Shown: piece after piece, positions 11,471-22,289 of the stretch | Layout: every line of letters begins with the position of its first letter | How positions within the stretch are numbered: position 1 is the first letter of the stretch | Assembly (NCBI GenBank): GCA_051530055.1 | Contig: CM121341.1 | Location: forward strand, 10,518,784-10,582,783 | Direction: 5' to 3' | Length of the DNA stretch: 64,000 bases | DNA from: Neoechinorhynchus agilis | Lineage: Eukaryota > Animalia > Acanthocephala | Position numbers and translations under genes: made by a program | The notes under the pieces: model-generated | What the model was told of the DNA's origin: nothing | Databases searched by the model: none | Seen by the model: the letters and a program-made list of their open reading frames with translations, nothing else

Positions 11471-14280
11471 TAGCTTGGGATATCTACCTGCAGCGATGCG
11501 CGTTTGCTGCAGCCAATCAGAATGCGAGAAGATACATAAAAGCCTAATTAAGTCGTATTAACTGCTTGGAATTGGAATATTTTTGCGGTGCATTTAAATG
11601 GTATATTAAGATTGTGCATTAGGAATTAAGACACTGCTGTTAATTTCCCAGGTATGCATTTAAAGCAAATTATTTAATCTTCTTAGCTCTAAAACTCCTA
11701 TCTTAAATAATGCTCAGTCAAGTACTAACTGACATGTGAACATTGAATGATATCTTTGGCTCGTGGGCAGCACTATCATTTTGCATTATTCCTCAAGCAA
11801 AAAAGACGGTAAACGGGTGTCAAATTATGATCATGTTATGCGATCATCTATTCATTGTCAAGCGACATAAAGAACACGCCCCATTGTTTTCGTCGAAGGT
11901 AAAGAATTGCTTTGAACCGTGTGAAATTTCGCAGGTAATCGCTACGTAGGATCATAAATTTACGATGAAAGATTATTTATCCGATTTTTTACAATTCTTT
12001 TTCGCAATCTGTATTTACTTTAATTATGCGATTATTTATACCTGCATGCCGCGATGATATCAAGGAATTGACCTTTCTAAAAATCAATTGATTTGTTAAC
12101 TTTTTATGAACAATTTTCGTTGACCGAAAAAAACTGTCAAGGAAAATCGAAAATATTTAACACCACGAAATATTTAGTTAACTAATTTGGACATAATTGC
12201 TCGAATCTTTGACACCTTGTGATGATGTAATCGATTCGGCGAGTTGAGGAAAATTTAATCATTGAGACAATTGGTTTTTGATTAAATATCTTGCTGTTTT
12301 TTGCACCCAAGTAATAAAGGTGCACAATAAAATTAACTGATCGCTGATTGCCACTCACTGTTTACCTTTGCAACGCAAAATGAATGTAAATGAGACGGCA
12401 ATAGAAACTGAAAATGAAATTGCCTTAATTTTATCTGATATAATGGCTATAAAAATGGTTCGATTTTGAACAAAGGATACGCCGCTTCGTAATCTTCGTC
12501 TTGCATGGTTCATGCAACGTTGCCTATTTTTTAATTGAACGTCACAATAGATAACAAAATTTAATTATTGACTAATTGATCGGTATATGTCAACGGACTA
12601 AATTTTTAAGGAAATTATAATACCAATTTAAAATTTAAGTAATCTAATTGTTTTCGAGTCTAGGCCTGTTATATTTTATATGAATTTACTTCTGAGCCGA
12701 TTTATCTGCAACGATTTCATTTGAGTGAGGTTTAAAATGCGAAATTTTTCGCCTTCTGAATTTTCTTCCCAGAGGTTAGCATTGTACCCGTATCTTCTTA
12801 TATTAAAGAAGTCGAAGAGAAAATAGGCACTATTTGATCGTATTTTTTGCAAAGAAACAACCTTTACACTAGATTGCCATTTGAAATCAGAAATATTTAA
12901 CAAAAATGACAAGGCATGCTGAATGCCTTCTTCCTCTTAGATCAAATTTCGAGCATACTTTAGTGACCACTGTATCCGTGAAAACAAACCATCTGACTAT
13001 TACATGATTGGAAATGATTACGATTTCATAAGCTGTGGTTCTCTCATTCGCTGAATACTTGATAATCCGATAAAACGGCACAGAAAATCTCGCGGTCTTT
13101 ACTATTGAAAGATTTTACACAATGCTTTGTTTGTATGATAGCGTCTCTTATATTTTAGTGAACGTTTTGCAGATTTCAAAACGTCAATGGTTAGTTCATC
13201 TTTGGACCGCAGAACCATTTTAGTCACTTGACCGTTATCCGAATAAAAATTCATTTGGCCGTTGTCTTTGAAGTCCACTTCGTTCGTATTCATTGGAAAC
13301 TCTAACTGCTTCTAAGGGTTCATCGTTGCTGGTATTTTCATGCAATCCAAGAAATAATCGTCCATGAAAAGCTAGTCTCGGGCAAAATATAGGGCCGTTT
13401 AAGTGCTGCTCGACGGTCACATTCAACGATTAGTACAATTTGCAAAAAAACCAATTCTTGTAAAGGGATTTGGGTTTAAAAATATGTTTATCCTTTCAAG
13501 TTTGCGTTTGTAGAAAACTAAATAAAATCCTAGAAAAACTGTAGTTTCAGATTGAAAAGATGAAATTAAAATGCAAATAGCTATCCTGTTCGCGTCGCGA
13601 AGTTTGTTGAGGCATATTGACCCTCAAGGTTATAAAAATGTCTTCCTATCCCTTTAATGCCCAATATGGTACAGATTGAGGTCGAATAATAATCGAGAAA
13701 GATTTAGATCTGTCTATCAATCTACGTTTCACAAAACTCAAAGTACCGTAAACTCCGGTTTCTCTGCTCGGTTATAATTTTAAAACCCGGCCACGGCTTT
13801 AGTTTGAATATTTACTTTTGACGAAATTGTCAAAAGCGATTGCGAAATCTAGAGTCGTTCTGAAACTTAAAATCCATCTTATCAACAATCATTGCTGTGA
13901 TCGAAGGCTTTTATACGTATAACATCAACCATCGAATTTCTGTCTCCATTAGTGACTGAAAAACGTTTAAGTCCAAAAGCGAATCCCAGGAAAATCTCAA
14001 TGGCGTTGATGATTAGATTTATGACACAGAGCTCTTTAATTAAATTTTAGCGTAATCCATGAAGTGCACTCCTGTTCATTCAATAATCTCTAAAACCTTT
14101 TAAGCGGTGAGTAAAGCATCTTTCTCTAGAAGCATTTCAATTTACAGCTATGCCATTTATTGATTTGCGGTTCATGCTTCTCAAAGATGGTACATTTTCG
14201 CGTGATCTCCATGGAGTTTAATTTAAACAGCCATCATCTGTCTCTTCCATTCTAACTCGAAATCTAGGAAACCTATAAAA

Positions 14281-16184
14281 ATGGCGATTAGTGAGAACAG
14301 CGATTTCTACTTTTACTGGACTGCTGTCCTCGCTGCCGTTTATATCTACAACAGTGTCGCAGTAATTGGCAGAGTTTCATTTCAGGATGTCAATTTCCGA
14401 TACCGAACCGTTTGGATTGCGCTTGACTCCGTATCGGACATCTTTAACCTTATTGACTGCTTTATTCAAAGTCAAAAAAGTGAGTGGTCATTCTTATCGT
14501 AATCGCAACTTTTTGTTCATGTAGTCTATTTTGAACAAGGATTACCGGTATCGACGGAACTTTGGCGACACTACATCAAATCTAGAAATTTCATGTGGGA
14601 CTTAGGAGCAGTGCTTCCAATCGATTGGATTGCTTGGGCAATCCTTATGATGATTAATAATGACAGGGCGTTTCCTTTAGCCGTCGCGTACCGCCTTACT
14701 AAACTCTTAAGGCTTTATCGACTCACACAATGGCTCAAGCTCGCAAAAGTCAGATACAATTGTCCTCATGTCATTCAGCTTGTCGTTTTTGGCTGCCTTA
14801 TTCTATTTACCGCCCACTGGAACGCTTGCATTTATTTTCTGTTTAGCAGAATGGTTGGAATCGGACATGATTTGTGGACGTTTCCGTCGGATTATCTAGA
14901 CGATAAAGTAGAGAACGCGTAGGTCATTCTAAAGAAGATAAAAAGCATAACATTGAATTTTAATTTTTAAAACATCGCAGGAACATAAACGGAAATCATT
15001 CTTTTTCACATAGTGATCAATTCTGAAGTAGATGTTGCATTTTTATTCAAATTTTAGTTCACAGATTTCAACTCAAGAGACTAAGATTTATGTCTATTTT
15101 CCAATAACCCGTCCTTCGTGTTCTCTACTACAATAGCAAAATAAAAAGTCTCTTACAAGCATATATCTACTGCTTTTATTGGGCTCTTTTAATAATCACA
15201 AACCGTAGTAAAGTTCCTCCACCCATTACGGACACTGAAATGATGTTCATGACGATTAATTTCATTTTCGGACTCTTTGTAGTTGCCACAATTGTAGGAA
15301 ACGTTGCAGAAGTTCTGAAACAAATGGGAGCAGAGGCGCAATATTTTAGAGATAAGATGGAGAAATTGAAGCGATATTTGAAACAAATGGGAATTACAAA
15401 AACTCTTGCGGATCATACGATGGGATGGCTAGTTCACGTTCGAGATCACAAAGGTTTCGAAGCAGATCATATTCCCGAGGAAACTCCTGAAAGGATTAGA
15501 AACGAGATGATGATTATGGCTAACTTTGACCTGGTGAAAAATGTTCCTCTTTTTAATAGCGTAGAAGAAGTTTTTCTGAAAGCCATTACTGTACGGTTAC
15601 ACTTGGATGTTCTTAGTCCGGGAGATTTCATTTGCCAACGCGGTGAGATTGGTCGAGAAATGTATATCATCAAGAATGGCAGCGTGAACGTTCTTATCGT
15701 AGGTGATGGGCAGGATAACGTTCGCAAAGGATATGAGGATTCGTTGGACGTTGCAGAAAGTCATGTTGTGGCGACTTTAAAAAATGGAGCTGCTATCGGC
15801 GAGCTAAGCATCTTGAACATTCCTGGTAGCAAATATGGAAGTCTACGAACTGCGACTGTCCAGTGTGCCACATATTGTGACCTTTTAACTCTCGGAAAAG
15901 ATGATCTTTGGGATGTTCTCAAAGATTACCCGTCTGTTCGTTCTATTTTGGTTGAACGAGGGACACAAATATTGAGGAAAGACGGCCTTATTGTAGAAGA
16001 CAGATCGGAAATGGCTGAAAATATGCTTGAAAAAAGTGAAGAAGTAAATTACATTAAGAAGATTAGAAGAATGTTCGCTAAAGTGCAAAGCATGCGATCC
16101 ATCTATGAGGATTTCCTTGTTGATTTTCATGATAAAACCAAGGAATTGCACGAGCGATTGAATAAAAAGGAAAAGAAAGATTGA
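14281..16184 (+). CDS. Cyclic-nucleotide-gated channel subunit; exons 14281-14479, 14525-14918, 15137-16184
   Basis: S1-S6 motifs (YRLTKLLRLYRL, HWNACIYF, YCFYW, ATIVGNV), C-linker and CNBD (PGDFICQRGEIGREMYII, GELSIL, RTATV). Two canonical GT-AG introns keep the frame. Confidence 0.9.
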
Positions 16185-17162
16185 ATTCTTGATAAAAGAA
16201 ATTGTACTCCTTAAAATGTAGTGAACTTATCACTGTGTATTATCTGCTTAAATGGCGAAGTCCCAGAATTTAATCCTTTTTTCGGTTGCATTATTGACCA
16301 CACAATGCACGAAATTTAGACTTTTAATGAACATAAATGACTGACGGGTTTATATCGTAAAATATTTAAAATAAATCAAATATTTAATGCCCGAGACTAT
16401 GTTCACCGAAATTCTAACTTGATTATATCGAAGGATTTTCTATGTTCTCATAGGTAACTGTTGCACACTACCCAGTTTGTTCTGTCATTTTCATTCGCCA
16501 GGTTGGAATAGTAGACTGGGGAATAAAGCGTATTTAGGCATACGATTGTGATTGTGTCTCCGAAATATCGAATTTAATAAATTCATTCAACTTTCCCGCC
16601 ATAAAAAAACATGAACAATTTAATCTTCAAACACTTTTCCGTCATAGTATGTTTCCTTTGCAAAACAGGAAAAAAATTAAACTCCGAAGAGTCACAATTC
16701 GAAAAAGTCTTTAATGAAAAATATTCTTAAAAATCGGTTTGCTACTTTAGAAGGCGGAGTCGATTTTGAGAGCTAAAATTGGATGGATAATATTTTGCGG
16801 CTAATGCAGGTACCACAATTTGCTTTGAACAAATCGAATTTAAGGTCGGGACGTCGTTCGTTTGGTCAATAGGAGCGCGAAGTTTTCGTTATCTAGCGAA
16901 TTTAAAGTTTAATACGTTAATTTAGGAGGATAGCCACGATATTCGTACTCCGTTTTTCTCTTGACATCTATGAAAATTGCGGTAAGGTCGTTATAATTGA
17001 AGCATCTTTAAAAACGTTCTCCTTGCTTGCTACTTCGTTTCAGATATCGTGATAAAAGGAAATCGCTTGAGAGGAAAAACTTCAGTGCGTTCGCATCGTT
17101 ATTTTGAGCGTTTGAAGTTTTAACTTATTTTAGGATTTTGTGGTTGAGGAAAAAAGGAGACG

Positions 17163-17233
17163 TGCATTGGCCGGGAATCGAACCCGGGTCTCCCGCGTGG
17201 CAGGCGAGAATTCTACCCCTGAACCACCAATGC
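17163..17233 (-). tRNA. tRNA-Gly(GCC)
   Basis: Reverse complement GCATTGGTGGTTCAGGGGTAGAATTCTCGCCTGCCACGCGGGAGACCCGGGTTCGATTCCCGGCCAATGCA (71 nt), followed by an oligo-T terminator. Confidence 0.97.
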
Positions 17234-17739
17234 TTTGGTGTTACGCGAAAAAAAGTATATTGTCCTTTATAAAAAATCGTTCAATTACACTTTTTCTTAA
17301 ATTACTTCCCTGGGAATCATTAGTACAACGAGGCAATGCTGCTAGCGTGATAGTGACAGCCGAGGAAGGAGAGATGCTAAGATTTTGCGGACGATGGTGA
17401 TTGTATCAGAACTAACAAATAAACGTACTTTAAAAAAATTTCTAACTAATTTTTTAATATAGAAAAATCTAATGTATGAATGCGCTTGTTTATAATCAAT
17501 TTTAACGGTAATATCGCTTGTCTTCAATGTTTTCAGTTCCTAAAAAAGGAATTAGTCAGCCTAAAGAACACTTAAATTTGTATATTAATGGCCAAAAAAT
17601 GACCATTGCTGCCTAGAATATCAAACTTTCATTTGGCAAACATTGCGGTAATCTTTATGCTTATAAGTTATGCGGTTAATAGGATTTATGATTGATGACG
17701 AAATATTGAAAAAGATTTACTTTTGCACAATATGCTCTT

Positions 17740-18179
17740 TTAATCCGGAATTTCCTTTCGATAATCCCTGATAACGAATTCTGCCCGGTCTACGGACTTT
17801 ATCTAAAATGTTAAATATTTTAAGAAAAGCACAAGATTTAGCAACAAACTCACTAGGGGACTACGATTTAATTGCCCGTGCAATGTAGTGGCAATAATAT
17901 CGCCCACGTCGTCTAGAGGACCATTTAACATTTTTCGAAAATGCCAATATCCGAGATTGGGTTCCTGAAAATCAAAAACTTTAGATACTTGTTACTTAAA
18001 CTCACCTTTTCGGCAAATAAAAAATTGTAGTTTTTTCGTATTTCGTCTGCTCTAACATCTTCTTCACTGTCTGCTTGAAGATAAACTGAAAAATCTACGA
18101 ATCCTTCTGTTCCGTCGGCACATTTAGAAACTTGAAGCATTGTCAAAATCAGAAAGTGGAGTGCAACCAGCCTTTTCAT
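17740..18179 (-). CDS. Small secreted protein resembling a stand-alone proprotein-convertase prodomain; exons 18179-18006, 17964-17854, 17802-17740
   Basis: Signal peptide MKRLVALHFLILTMLQVSKC. Two in-frame GTGAGT...YAG introns (41 and 51 nt) give 115 aa with motifs FSV, ADEIRKNYNF, GYWHF, HGQLNRSPLIK. Confidence 0.6.
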
Positions 18180-19134
18180 ATCCCTAATCCAGGCGCACAA
18201 AACGTACATATTTGTAAAAAACGCAAAAATCGACTTCATTCGACTTGTGTCGTATTTTTAAATCGGATAATTTTTAAGTAATTTGTAGAACCGTCGCGAA
18301 TAATGCGTTTGGGCTTATTTAGTTTTTTCCCTAGCTTCAAACCGAATCCTTTTTGTCTTTATGACTTGGACTGCGTCCATGGATGCCACTACCTATCAAG
18401 GATTTCTCATTTTAAAACGATGCTTAGATTCATATTGGTAATTTAAACGATCCGTTACTACTTCCATCTTTACATTCATAATACTTTCCTCAGATCAAGT
18501 CAAAAATATTAAATTAATTTGATGAATTCGTTGCGGTGAAAACTCAATACCTGATAATCTTTTCAGCTTTGAAATAGTGCATTTATACAATCTTTTATGG
18601 TGTAACGTTATCTTTACATTTGTTCGCTGAATGAAGGGGAATGTTAGAAAGGTGTAAAACTTGCACTAGAATATAAAAATGCGCGAGGATTTCAATTTTT
18701 TAATCAATCAGCAAACTTTCAACAATTTAAGTTTGTCGTTTTAAATTATCGCTATCGACATTAACTAATGAAATGTTACGTTATGCATATAAATTTTAGT
18801 TATAGAGAGAAAATCCTTCGGAATAATATAGTTTGAATTGTAGTCGTGATAATCACGAATAAAATATATTTTATTGGATTGTGAATAAAACACCTTAACA
18901 ATGACTGATGAGATGGATTTGTGATTTGGATTGATTGAAATAGACGGGATAGCCTTAGAGCAAAATTTGGAAAGAGCACGATGGAGGGGAGCGATGGGGA
19001 TTAAAATTTTGATATCAATGAATCTCTAAAATTATTTTTTGACATATTAGGGAAATTGTAGTCACACCTGATTGAGGAAGGCACAATTACGAATTGATAA
19101 TTATAACAATCAAGATAGTCTTTTTGTATATATG

Positions 19135-19427
19135 TTTTTTTCATACGCGGTCGAATGGACACACAGTCCATCGATTTCGGTCTGGGAAGCGCTGGTCAGC
19201 GATCAATGCCTTAATACCGTACGGTTATGAGTTTGAAAGATCTCAGATACCTCCAGAGAAGGCAAGACTCATCCGTGAATTTCCTCTTTCCTTCGACGAG
19301 GTATTTCGTCCCCTTTGGGTGTGCCTCATCGGCGGTAACGGATTCGAACCCGTTGACCCTAAATGGGATCAGGAGCAGACCGAAGTCGGGGTGGACTATG
19401 TGTCCATTCGGCCGTGTATGGAAAAAA
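19135..19427 (+). mobile_element. TIR-bounded element, copy 3 (core frame open)
   Basis: CATACGCGGTCGAATGGACACACAGTCCA (19142) and TGGACTATGTGTCCATTCGGCCGTGTATG (ends 19420) are inverted. The core is the reverse complement of the cores of copies 1 and 2. Confidence 0.7.
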
Positions 19428-19629
19428 TAAAGCGTATCTATAAAAAGACTACCGGCTGAGCCACTCATAAGAATGCTATAATCAAGAAAGTGCTGATTCT
19501 TTCAAAAGATGCAAACTTGTTAGAATGCATTCGCATTGAAAGTTCTAATATTTTCATTTGTCGCAAAATAGGCTTTTAGAAGACTAAGTTTTCAGATGGC
19601 TTTGTTCTTGAATTACAAAAATGATCTTA

Positions 19630-19850
19630 TATAAAAATGTCGATATGTGAGGTAGAGGGGAATGTGATTGGAATTATTGTTTAGAGGTCATAACCCGGTA
19701 AATTATTATTTCGATTAAAAACGTTTCGAACCTCGTCACTCATCCACTTGTATTTTAGAACTGATGATGAACCCGACGAGGTTCGGAACGTCTTTAATTA
19801 ATCATTTACCGCGTGTAAAGACTTCTAAACAATGATTCCAAAAATGATTT
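19630..19850. ncRNA. Palindromic Penelope-type mini-element with hammerhead motif
   Basis: 19761-19792 CTGATGAT-GAACC cgacga GGTTC-GGAACGTC (+) and an inverted remnant at 19718-19750. Same family as 9935-10230. Confidence 0.55.
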
Positions 19851-20212
19851 TGTGTACATCTCGTTAGACAAATCAAAGGGTTTTTTATTCAACGGATCGG
19901 GATTTTAAACTAAAAATTCAGTGACACTTTTGAAAATCTAATCAGCGAGGCAGTCAACTCGTAGGATTGGGATGCTAGTATTCTGGCAGAAGAGAACTAG
20001 AGGACGCATCCTTCCCTTCGACCGTCCAGAATGTTTTTCGAACTCTTTTTTTATTATCTATTGATACCTGCCCCGATATTCCAGGTCGGATAATTCCGAC
20101 ATTTCCTCTAAGTTCAGAAGTGCTTGTAAGTCTTTTTTAGAATGTAAATTGGTGAGAAAACTCACAAGCAATAATAAACCTTAAGAAAATGTCGGACATT
20201 TCATCCAGGTAT

Positions 20213-20905
20213 TTATTTAAATTCCTTTTCGACAAACTCACGCATCTGTTCAATCACATGCAGTCTATCGTGTTCATGAACTATTCCAGTTCCAGAGACT
20301 ATCAGATTCGCACCAGCTTTGGCACATTGTTCAACATTACCAAGATTAACACCACCGTCAACTTCAATGTTAATGTTGGATCCATAAACTTCTCGTAGCT
20401 TCCTTATCTTGTCCAAACAACTAACAATGAGTTTTTGTCCGCCTTTACCCGGTACGACGGTCATAATCAGAAAACAATCCGGCACGAGTGAAGCATCGTT
20501 ACACACAACAATCACTTCGTCGATGTCGGTGGAAGGATTAACAGCTAAACCGACTTTCATTCCGTGTTGTTCAATCAATCTGAACATTGCGGGATAATCG
20601 GCCACTGTTTCATAATGAAAAGAAAATCGATTAACGCCAGCACTAGCCATTTTGCCAACAAATCGATCGGGGTTTTTAACCATCAAATGAGCATCAAAAT
20701 AAATTTCAGGAAAGTGACTTCGAAGATGAGATATAAGCATTGAGCCAAAAGTAATGTCAGGGACAAAATGACCATCCATGACGTCCAAATGTAGAAAGTC
20801 AACACCATCGTCGATAAGTCCTTGACACTCGTCTCTAAGTTGAGACAAATCCGTGTTCAAAATAGAAACGCCGATTTGCGAAACCGAATTCTCCGAAAAT
20901 TCCAT
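20213..20905 (-). CDS. RPE: Ribulose-phosphate 3-epimerase (intronless)
   Basis: HLDVMDGHFVP, DAHLMV, MTV.PG.GGQ, EVDGGV and GANLIVSG motifs. Confidence 0.95.
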   Translation of the reverse strand: MEFSENSVSQIGVSILNTDLSQLRDECQGLIDDGVDFLHLDVMDGHFVPDITFGSMLISHLRSHFPEIYFDAHLMVKNPDRFVGKMASAGVNRFSFHYETVADYPAMFRLIEQHGMKVGLAVNPSTDIDEVIVVCNDASLVPDCFLIMTVVPGKGGQKLIVSCLDKIRKLREVYGSNINIEVDGGVNLGNVEQCAKAGANLIVSGTGIVHEHDRLHVIEQMREFVEKEFK

Positions 20906-21249
20906 AAAAATAATGCGATCGTTATCAAAAGCGAAAATAACGAAGAAAAGCTTTTCTTAGAAAAACGAATCAGTGACGTGTCATAAATGAATCGTCATTC
21001 TTCCGGGAATCTCAAGTTCTTTGTAAATTACGTCATTAAAGATAAAATCCATGAGTATGTGAAAGTGGGGAAAAATTATATATCCAAGATGACTTTTATT
21101 GAAATATTTTGTCCAATCACGCTGGACTTCTTCAGTCAATTATTGTTTGCGAGTTTTTTTATGAAGAAGTCCAACGTGATTGGACGAAATATTTCAATTA
21201 AAGTGATTCTTCGATATATAATTTTCCTTCACTTCCACATAATTACGTC

Positions 21250-21432
21250 ATTTATACACGGCCGAATTTGTTCACATCGTCCACCGATTTTGGTCTTAAG
21301 GTGAGGTTATCGTTGTGCATTTTACTGAGAGTTGATAAAGTAACCGGGAAAAATGGGGAAGTTTGCTACAATGTAAACGATAATAAATGTATTCCTGGGA
21401 TCAAAATCGATGGACGGTGTGCTCAAACATTT
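21250..21432. mobile_element. MITE (single TIR-flanked unit related to the 193-bp satellite)
   Basis: TACACGGCCGAATTTGTTCACATCGTCCACCGATTTTGGTC...GGGATCAAAATCGATGGACGGTGTGCTCAAA; the interior matches the satellite unit. Confidence 0.65.
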
Positions 21433-22092
21433 GAATTATGTCAACATTGTTGCTTACCAAATAACTCGTGATTGTCATCGGTCATTTGACCGATAGTCAT
21501 CTCGTTGACAATGTTTCTTCAAGTGCAAATCGAATATTATCTGTTATTTGGGCCCACGGACTACGCCGAGCACGATGCTGGACTTGTTTCCGGCGTTTCA
21601 TGGTGTCTAGTTCTCCTCTGGATTCGCTTCAGTGTAGTGGCACTTTTGTGGACAATCCAGACATCCATTCTCGATAGATGTTACTAGTGAACTTTTCAGT
21701 GATATATTTTTATATTTAGAATCGGTTTTTCTCTATATCGATTCCGTGAACGATCATCGCTACGTTTCTCCTATCTTCAATAACATCGCTGCTAGAACTG
21801 CATGATCCAGTTACTCGAATATCCATTATCCGCGAAAATTGCGGTCACTGTCGTGGGGCTGGCAAATCAAGCAGTTTTTCACAAGATTCTATAAAGAGGA
21901 GAAACTATTTATTGCCTAAGTCTGCTGAATCGGATTGAAACATGAGATCGGACAATATATCGACGAACGTCCTCGCTCTCTCGTCGTCAACGTTTTCTCT
22001 CTCGTGAACCGATGACGAGCATTGTTTTCGCTAACGAACTTTCATTGCGAAAAAGCTACATAACTTTATTTTCTCTCACTACTTTAACAAAT

Positions 22093-22165
22093 CGATCGTC
22101 AACGTCATCAAGGATCGTCAACGTCATCAAGGATCGTCAACGTCATCAAGGATAGTCAACGTCAT
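22093..22165. repeat. 19-bp tandem repeat (GATCGTCAACGTCATCAAG, ~3.8 copies)
   Basis: Directly visible; lies just upstream of the L2/CR1-like element. Confidence 0.85.
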
Positions 22166-22289
22166 CTCTCTCGTCAGCATCCTCTCTCGCGTGAACGTCC
22201 TCAAAAGTCGAAAACAATTGGCGATACAATTAAATCTTCATCGCTGCGCTCACCTTCATGGCTGGTAAAAAGCCCAGAGGATCACCTGC

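Noticed and set aside
12887-13426. Overlapping short minus-strand ORFs
   Set aside because: No recognisable motifs or supportable exon structure.
17163-17233. U16G change in the tRNA-Gly D-loop
   Set aside because: Position 16 is variable; stems, anticodon and B box are intact.
19965-20010. Imperfect ~14-bp hairpin as a possible miRNA or H/ACA RNA
   Set aside because: Single copy, irregular stem, no boxes.
21468-21950. CxxC and CxxCxGxG motifs suggesting a DnaJ/SSUH2-like gene
   Set aside because: The motifs are isolated in short disconnected frames and no coherent gene model can be built.
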